From: an uncultured Gemmatimonadales bacterium
Lineage (GTDB): Bacteria; Gemmatimonadota; Gemmatimonadetes; Gemmatimonadales; GWC2-71-9
Direction of reading: 5' to 3'
Length of the DNA: 64,000 nt
NCBI GenBank assembly: GCA_963771275.1
Contig: CAVYSW010000003.1
Location: 768,001-832,000 of the forward strand
The position numbers and the translations under genes were made by a program. Positions 58,393 through 64,000 of the stretch are shown here, in pieces (position 1 is the first letter of the stretch; each line of letters opens with the position of its first letter). The notes below the pieces were generated by a model. The model was not told where the DNA came from. It was given only the letters and a program-made list of their open reading frames with translations, and ran no database searches.

Positions 58393-58506
58393 GATCCGCG
58401 TGTCCGAGGCTGGTCGGTCGTATGTCAAACGCCACGAGGGCGAGGAGGTTCCCCGCGCCCGCCAGCCGGATTGACGGAGGGGAGGGGTGGCGCGAAGCTT
58501 GGGACC

Positions 58507-59082
58507 GTGACCAGAACCCGCCTCGAAGCCTTCAGCGACGCCGTGGTCGCCATTCTCATCACGATCATGGTGCTCGGCCTGCCGTCGCCCCACGGAACGC
58601 ATCTGGCCGCGCTCCGGCCGGTCGTGCCGGTGGTCTCCACCTACGTCCTGAGCTTCGTCTTCCTGGCGATCTACTGGAACAACCATCACCACATGCTGCA
58701 CCTGGTGGACCACGTGAACGGCGCGATCCTGTGGGCCAACATGCATCTGCTGTTCTGGCTCTCGCTGGTCCCGTTCACGACCGGCTGGATGGGCGCGAGC
58801 CACCTGGCGCCCGTGCCGACAGCCGCGTACGGCGTGGTGCTGCTCATGGCGGCCGTCGCGTGGCTCATCCTGCAGGCGGCGATCATCCGGCACCAGGGCC
58901 CCGGCTCGCGGCTGGCCGCGGCGCTCGGCGGCGACGTCAAGGGGAGGATCTCCGCCGCGTGCTACGGCGCGGCCGTCGCCGTGGCCTTCGTGGAGCCATG
59001 GATATCCGCCGGGCTGTATGTGCTGGTGGCCCTCATCTGGCTGGTGCCGGACCGGCGGATCGAGCGGATGGCGGGACACTGA
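58507..59082 (+). CDS. TMEM175 family potassium channel
   Basis: [24 protein letters not shown]...YWNNHH, LVPFTT. Confidence 0.92.
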   Translation: MTRTRLEAFSDAVVAILITIMVLGLPSPHGTHLAALRPVVPVVSTYVLSFVFLAIYWNNHHHMLHLVDHVNGAILWANMHLLFWLSLVPFTTGWMGASHLAPVPTAAYGVVLLMAAVAWLILQAAIIRHQGPGSRLAAALGGDVKGRISAACYGAAVAVAFVEPWISAGLYVLVALIWLVPDRRIERMAGH

Positions 59083-59106
59083 GCGTTCGTGCCAGGCCGC
59101 GCGCGC

Positions 59107-59780
59107 GGCCTGGGCTGCATGGGCATGTCGGACTTCTACGGCCCCGCCGACGACGGGTCGATCCCGCCGTGCCGATCGAGGACACGGTCGGCGCCATCGC
59201 CGAGCTGATCGCGGCGGGATACGTGCGGCACGTCGGTCTCTCCGAGGCCGGCGCCGCCACGCTGCGCCGCGCGCACGCCGTCCATCCGATCGCCGATCTC
59301 CAGATCGAGTACTCGCTGCTGACGCGCGGGACCGAGTCCCGCCTTGTCCCGACCTGCCGCGAGCTGGGAATCGGCGTCACCACCTACGGCGTGCTGTCGC
59401 GCGGCCTGCTGAGCGGCCACTGGTCGAAGGGCCGCGCCCTGTCACGCGGCGACTTCCGCAACTTCGGCCCGCGGTTCAGCGCCGCGAACGTGGATCGGAA
59501 CCTCCTCCTCGTCGAGGCGTTGCGAGCAATCGCGGAGCGGATGGGCCGGACGGTCGCCCAGGTGGCGATCGCCTGGGTGCTGGCGCGCGGCGCCGACGTC
59601 GTGCCGCTGGGGGGGGCACGGCGGCGCGATCGGCTCGCCGAAGCGCTCGGCGCCCTGGACGGCACGCTCGCGGCCGAGGACCTCGCGCGGATCGAGCGGG
59701 CCGTGCCCCCCGGCGCCGCGGCCGGGGACCGCTACCCCGCGTCCGGCATGGCGAGCCTCGACAGCGAGCGCGACGGATAG
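59107..59780 (+). pseudogene. Aldo/keto reductase with lost start and large internal deletion
   Basis: [15 protein letters not shown] in one frame joins out of frame near 59153 to [14 protein letters not shown]...GLSEAG...QIEYSL; the DTAxxYG/ATK catalytic region is absent. Confidence 0.85.
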
Positions 59781-59834
59781 ACCGCCGCGACACCCCCGCT
59801 TCTTGCTGCCGTCGTCCCCGGAGCCCGCTCCGGT

Positions 59835-60701
59835 TCACCGGACGACGCGCAGGGAGTAGCGGTACGTCGCCACACTGCCGAACACGCCGATGCCGCCGTC
59901 GAGATGATTCAGGAAGCCGCGCCCGGTGAACGGATCGCTGCGCGACCGAACGAAGTCGTAATAGTTGCTGTCAGCCAGCGCCACGGCCAGCGTGTACTCG
60001 CGCCCCACCTCGAACACCGGCCGGCCGGAGTCCCCCTCGAACGGGTTGTACAGGTCCCCCGGCAGCGCAACGCCCAGCGTGTCACTGAACAGGTAGACCA
60101 CGAGGCTGTCGGGATTGCCCCGCCGCCGCACCTCTACCTGTAGCGCACGCGCGAGGATCGGGTCCACCCCGATGCGGATCGTGTCCCGCAGGCGGTCGAG
60201 GTCCAGCACCTGCTCCTCGGCGGTAGCGGAATCGGTCGCCAGGCGGACCGACACGGCCCGCGCGCCGGGCACCGTCGTCGCCCCGGTCACGACCGTGCCG
60301 TCCGGGGTGACGACGCGCAGGCGCACCCGGTCGCCGGCCGACAGGAGACAGAACCGCGTGGTCACGTAGACGCCGCTGGCGGGCGCCTGCGGCAGGAGCG
60401 TGTCCGTCGCGGGGCTGCACGAGGACGGCCCCTCGTGCGACAGCACCACCGTGGCCCCGGCAATGGGAAGGCGCGGCTCGCCCGGCGGGATGTCGACGCT
60501 CGTCATCCCAATTGAGGCGCTGCCCGTGAGGGAGCGCTCCACGATCACGAACTGCTCGGTGGCGCGGGCTGAAAGCACCGCCTGGACGACGACGACGGGC
60601 TCGCCCTCGGGTACGGTGACTTTGGTCAGTTCGCAGCCGATCAGGGCCAGCGGCAGGAGCTGCAGGAGCAGCCGGAGCGGCAGCGGCGGCAGCGGTCGCA
60701 T
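59835..60701 (-). CDS. DUF4249-like lipoprotein, partner of the TonB-dependent receptor
   Basis: Lipobox LIGC-E; VVVQAVL, GATVVL, GATTVP, C-terminal GGIGVFGS. Confidence 0.8.
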   Translation of the reverse strand: MRPLPPLPLRLLLQLLPLALIGCELTKVTVPEGEPVVVVQAVLSARATEQFVIVERSLTGSASIGMTSVDIPPGEPRLPIAGATVVLSHEGPSSCSPATDTLLPQAPASGVYVTTRFCLLSAGDRVRLRVVTPDGTVVTGATTVPGARAVSVRLATDSATAEEQVLDLDRLRDTIRIGVDPILARALQVEVRRRGNPDSLVVYLFSDTLGVALPGDLYNPFEGDSGRPVFEVGREYTLAVALADSNYYDFVRSRSDPFTGRGFLNHLDGGIGVFGSVATYRYSLRVVR

Positions 60702-62980
60702 CAGAACCAGAACTCCACACCGAACATCGGCAGCAGCGGGATCTGGGAGACGCCGGTCCGGGTCGGCGGGGCGGCGTCGTAGTCGAACACGTACAGGAAC
60801 GGGTTCATCCGGTTGTACACGTTCGCCACCTGCACGTAGGCCTCCCAGCGTCCGCCCCATTTCTCGAACTGCCAGCGGAGGCTCACGTCGAGCCGCGTGT
60901 ACGTGGGATAGCGCTCTCCGTTGATCGCGGAGCTGATCGGCTCTGTTATGGGATCGGTGAACCGGTTGTTGGTCGCATCGTAGAACCGGTGGTCCCACCC
61001 GCCGATGAACCCGGTGTAGGGCAGCGGCGACCCCAGGCCGAACCGGACGCCCATGTCGCTCCCCAGCGGTCCCGGCGCGAACGCGATGATGTTGAGCGTG
61101 TGTCGCCGGTCGTGCGCCGGCGGGTACTCCACACCCTGCGAGCGCCGTACCGTGCGGGTGTAGCCGTAGGCGATCCAGCCGCGGATCGCGCCGGTGTACT
61201 TCCGGAGCAGGAGGTCCGCGCCCCAGGCGTACCCGTCGGCGGGAATGAACTCGTCACCCGCCACGCGCAGGTCCTGCGCCCGGTTGGGCGTCACGAGTCC
61301 CGCGAACGTCTTGTGATACCCTTCGACGGAGAGCTGCACATCGCGGCCGAACCAGCGCTCGTAGCCGAGCACGACATGGTCGGCCCGCCCGATGGGGATG
61401 GAGCGGTCGGCCCCGATCCAGAACTCGAAGATCGTGACGGGAATCTCCTGGTCGCGGATCGAGTGGATCGCCTGGTAGTACCGGCCGACCGAGCCCTGGA
61501 TGGCGTCGCTGGAGCCGAGGTACGTGCGGACCGACAGGCGCGGCGCGGCGACGGTCCGGTCCGCTCCCGTCACGTGGTCCAGGCGGACGCCGGGCCGAAG
61601 CAGCAGCCAGCTCGCCGCGCGCCAGCGGTCGTCGGCAAAGAGCGACCACACCGTGGGGGCGTAGTGCGCCGTGAAGAACGAGGTCTCGATCGCGACGCTG
61701 CCGAGGCCGTAGTTCATGGCGTAGGACTCGACGGCGCCGCCGAGGCGCAGGTCGTGCCGGGCGCCCGGGGCGGGCATCAGCGTCGACTGGGCCGTGAGCA
61801 GCCGCGCGTCATTGGTGAACTCGACGAGCGACGGCCGGAGCGCGAGGCTGGTCGAGAACGTGCTCACGGCGGCGCGCGTCTCGAGCAGCGCGGTGTTTCC
61901 CAGGGGCTGGCGCCAGAAGGCGCCGACCAGGGCGTTGCCCCAATCGAACTTCACCCGCTGGGACGGATGATCCGCCGTGGCTTTCACCAGCTCGAGATCG
62001 AACGCATCACGGCCCCAGTAGCCCGTGACCGCCACCGACCCGCGGCGGCCATAGGGCAGGGTCACCTTCCCCAGCACATCGGTGAAGTAGTAGGGCAGTA
62101 CCTTCGCGGAGAACAGGCTCACCAGGGCATCGGCGTAGGTGCGCCGCACGCTCGCGAGCCAGGTGGCCGGACCGGCCGGCCCTTCGACGAGCACCTTGCT
62201 CGACAGCAGCGACACCTCGCCGTTCACGGCGACGCGGTCCGGGTTGCCGTCCCGCAGCGTGATGTCCAGCACGCTGGACAGCCGGCCGGAGTAGTCGGCC
62301 GGAAACCCGCCCGTGTAGAAGTCGGTGCGGGCCACCGCGTTCGCGTCGAACGTCGAGAACAGCCCCGCGAGGTGCGATGGGTTGAAGATCGGCACGCCGT
62401 CGAGCTGGATCAGATTCTGGTCCGATTCACCGCCCCGCACGTTGAAGCCGATCTGGTAGTCGTTCTTGGCGACCGTGCCGGGGAGATACTGCACCACCCG
62501 CACGACATCGGGCTCGAACAGCGCGGGCGCGCGCCGGATATCCGCGGGCGCGAGCGTCACCCTGCTGGATTGGGCCTCGGTCTCGAACCGCTCGCGGGCC
62601 AGCGGCGTTTCGGTCGCCGTGATCACGACCGGTTTCAACGATACCGGGACGACCAGCGCGTAGATCGTGACCGTGTCCACGCCGTCGGGGATTGCCACGG
62701 TGTCGTGGGCGACGTCGGGCCGGGTCAGTGCGAGGCGGACGCCGGTGACGGGGATGCGCGGCAGCGTGAACGAGCCGTCGGCGGCGGTGACGGTTGACGG
62801 GGCCGCGGCGCGCCTGCCCCGCCAGATGACCGTCAGGCGGACGCCGGCGAGCGGAGCACTGTCGGCGATCGCGCGAACGGTACCCCGGAGATCACGCAGC
62901 GCCTGCGCGCCGGCGACCTGCGGTCGGCCCGCCACGAGAGCCGTGAGCAGCAGGAGGGACGTCGCCCGCCATCGTGCCAT
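60701..62980 (-). CDS. TonB-dependent receptor
   Basis: Signal; carboxypeptidase-regulatory-like N-domain; plug VRGGESDQNLIQLDG...PSHLAGLFSTF, GGFPADYSGRLSS; NVYNR; ends EFWF. Confidence 0.92.
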   Translation of the reverse strand: MARWRATSLLLLTALVAGRPQVAGAQALRDLRGTVRAIADSAPLAGVRLTVIWRGRRAAAPSTVTAADGSFTLPRIPVTGVRLALTRPDVAHDTVAIPDGVDTVTIYALVVPVSLKPVVITATETPLARERFETEAQSSRVTLAPADIRRAPALFEPDVVRVVQYLPGTVAKNDYQIGFNVRGGESDQNLIQLDGVPIFNPSHLAGLFSTFDANAVARTDFYTGGFPADYSGRLSSVLDITLRDGNPDRVAVNGEVSLLSSKVLVEGPAGPATWLASVRRTYADALVSLFSAKVLPYYFTDVLGKVTLPYGRRGSVAVTGYWGRDAFDLELVKATADHPSQRVKFDWGNALVGAFWRQPLGNTALLETRAAVSTFSTSLALRPSLVEFTNDARLLTAQSTLMPAPGARHDLRLGGAVESYAMNYGLGSVAIETSFFTAHYAPTVWSLFADDRWRAASWLLLRPGVRLDHVTGADRTVAAPRLSVRTYLGSSDAIQGSVGRYYQAIHSIRDQEIPVTIFEFWIGADRSIPIGRADHVVLGYERWFGRDVQLSVEGYHKTFAGLVTPNRAQDLRVAGDEFIPADGYAWGADLLLRKYTGAIRGWIAYGYTRTVRRSQGVEYPPAHDRRHTLNIIAFAPGPLGSDMGVRFGLGSPLPYTGFIGGWDHRFYDATNNRFTDPITEPISSAINGERYPTYTRLDVSLRWQFEKWGGRWEAYVQVANVYNRMNPFLYVFDYDAAPPTRTGVSQIPLLPMFGVEFWF

Positions 62981-63091
62981 GTCGCCGTCCCCCCGCCCCG
63001 CGAGTGCCGCTTCCCCGGCTCGGCCGTGTCTGCGCGCGGCCCGCCCGCAATCTACATGAGGCGACACATGGCCAGCGCGCCGCCCAAGGGG

Positions 63092-63544
63092 TCAGCGTGC
63101 CATGTCGTGCCGCTTGAGCGCCATGAGCTGCCGCTGCTGCTCCGCCGTGAGCGTGTTCTTGATCCGGATGAGCGCTCCCAGGTGCGCCTTCTTGACCTGA
63201 CGCTCGAGGTCGAGCACCCGATCGACCTGGGCTAGCGCCGTCTGCTCCTCGACCGGTGACTGCGACAGCAGCTCCGCCAGCTTCTGCTGCTCATACTGCA
63301 TCTGCCATTGGACGTCGATCACCTGCGCCTGGAGCCGCTTCACCGCGTCGGTGATGGCGCCGCGCTGCTCGGCGGTCAGCGCCAGCTCGCCCTGGTGCTG
63401 CATGATCAGCTCGGGCGGAAACAGCTGCTCTTCGAAGGTCGGCTCCGGACGGGGCGGTTCCGGCCTCGCCGGGGCTACGGCTTGTGCGTGCAGCGAGCCG
63501 GCGGTCAGGCCGAGGGCCATCAGCAATGCGAATCGTCGTGTCAT
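63092..63544 (-). CDS. Spy/CpxP-like periplasmic protein
   Basis: SD GGAGGA; signal; LALTAEQ and LTAEQ (LTxxQ) motifs. Confidence 0.85.
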   Translation of the reverse strand: MTRRFALLMALGLTAGSLHAQAVAPARPEPPRPEPTFEEQLFPPELIMQHQGELALTAEQRGAITDAVKRLQAQVIDVQWQMQYEQQKLAELLSQSPVEEQTALAQVDRVLDLERQVKKAHLGALIRIKNTLTAEQQRQLMALKRHDMAR

Positions 63545-63942
63545 GTCCGGTTCCTCCGTGAGGTGTCGTCCGGGGCGAGCGGCGCGTCGCTCCTCCCGGT
63601 GTCGTAGCGGATCCCGATGGTGGGGACGTCGCGCAGCAGTGCCGCCCCCGGGGTCTCGAGCAGGAAGTCGGTGGGTCCGGTCCAGGTCACGGCCGCGAGG
63701 TCGATGGGAAAGGGGACGGGGCGGGCGCGCCACGCCCACCGCGCGTACCCCAGGGCCGCGAGCGCGAGCACGACAGCCGCTGCGCCAACGGCGAGGCGCG
63801 GCCTCAGTGCCGCCCGCCACGTGGCGACTTGTGGGGGCGGGGCCGGGGGCGGTGGCGTGAACGGGGGCGCCGCTTCCGCCTCGGCCACGGCCAAGGTCCG
63901 GAACCGGGCCCGCAACGCCGCGTCGGAGTCGTCCGGCGTCAT
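63541..63942 (-). CDS. Single-pass membrane protein, probable anti-sigma factor
   Basis: ATGA-coupled between the sigma factor and Spy-like genes; one TM; W.GPTDFLL.TPG motif. Confidence 0.7.
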   Translation of the reverse strand: MTPDDSDAALRARFRTLAVAEAEAAPPFTPPPPAPPPQVATWRAALRPRLAVGAAAVVLALAALGYARWAWRARPVPFPIDLAAVTWTGPTDFLLETPGAALLRDVPTIGIRYDTGRSDAPLAPDDTSRRNRT

Positions 63943-64000
63943 GGCTCTTCGTCTCCCAGCAGGTCGCGCAGGCGTGCCTTGCCGCGCTGGTAATGTGTGC
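63939..64000 (-). CDS. C-terminus of a probable ECF sigma factor (starts beyond the window)
   Basis: ...THYQRGKARLRDLLGDEEP* resembles the end of sigma region 4; only about 19 codons are visible. Confidence 0.6.
   Translation of the reverse strand, partial: THYQRGKARLRDLLGDEEP

Noticed and set aside
1..64000. tRNA, rRNA, riboswitch, prophage, IS or known defence systems
   Set aside because: No recognisable signatures by eye; an Infernal/Rfam scan of the longer intergenic regions (1109-1300, 13144-13348, 18249-18456, 40467-40742) would be needed to exclude structured RNAs.

Overview
High-GC (roughly 70% by eye) bacterial chromosomal window. The gene mix (6-bladed beta-propeller paralogues, VPS10/BNR-repeat hydrolase, tricorn S41, M14/M3/S9 peptidases, TonB-dependent receptor with a DUF4249-like partner, many lipoproteins) suggests a diderm heterotroph, most likely Gemmatimonadota; this is an inference. 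It holds about 45 coding regions, mostly exported hydrolases and small stress or redox genes. I found no rRNA, tRNA, CRISPR array, integrase, transposase or phage gene. Best candidates for an uncharacterised system: (1) a four-gene locus at 25.2-30.0 kb with a fused cytidylate-kinase-like membrane protein, a TauE/SafE transporter, a stand-alone receiver and a HAMP histidine kinase; (2) a small secreted Cys-containing protein followed by a hairpin and a beta-propeller lipoprotein at the left edge; (3) an orphan secreted protein behind a complete sigma54-type promoter layout at 57.2-57.9 kb. Non-coding signals include several unrelated period-7 tandem repeats, one forming a perfect 25-bp inverted repeat, and several readable promoters. 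Several genes are eroded (ArsC, M1 peptidase, aldo/keto reductase), and one S9 peptidase has a double homopolymer frameshift that is probably a sequencing error. All family calls come from motif recognition by eye; no database search was run.
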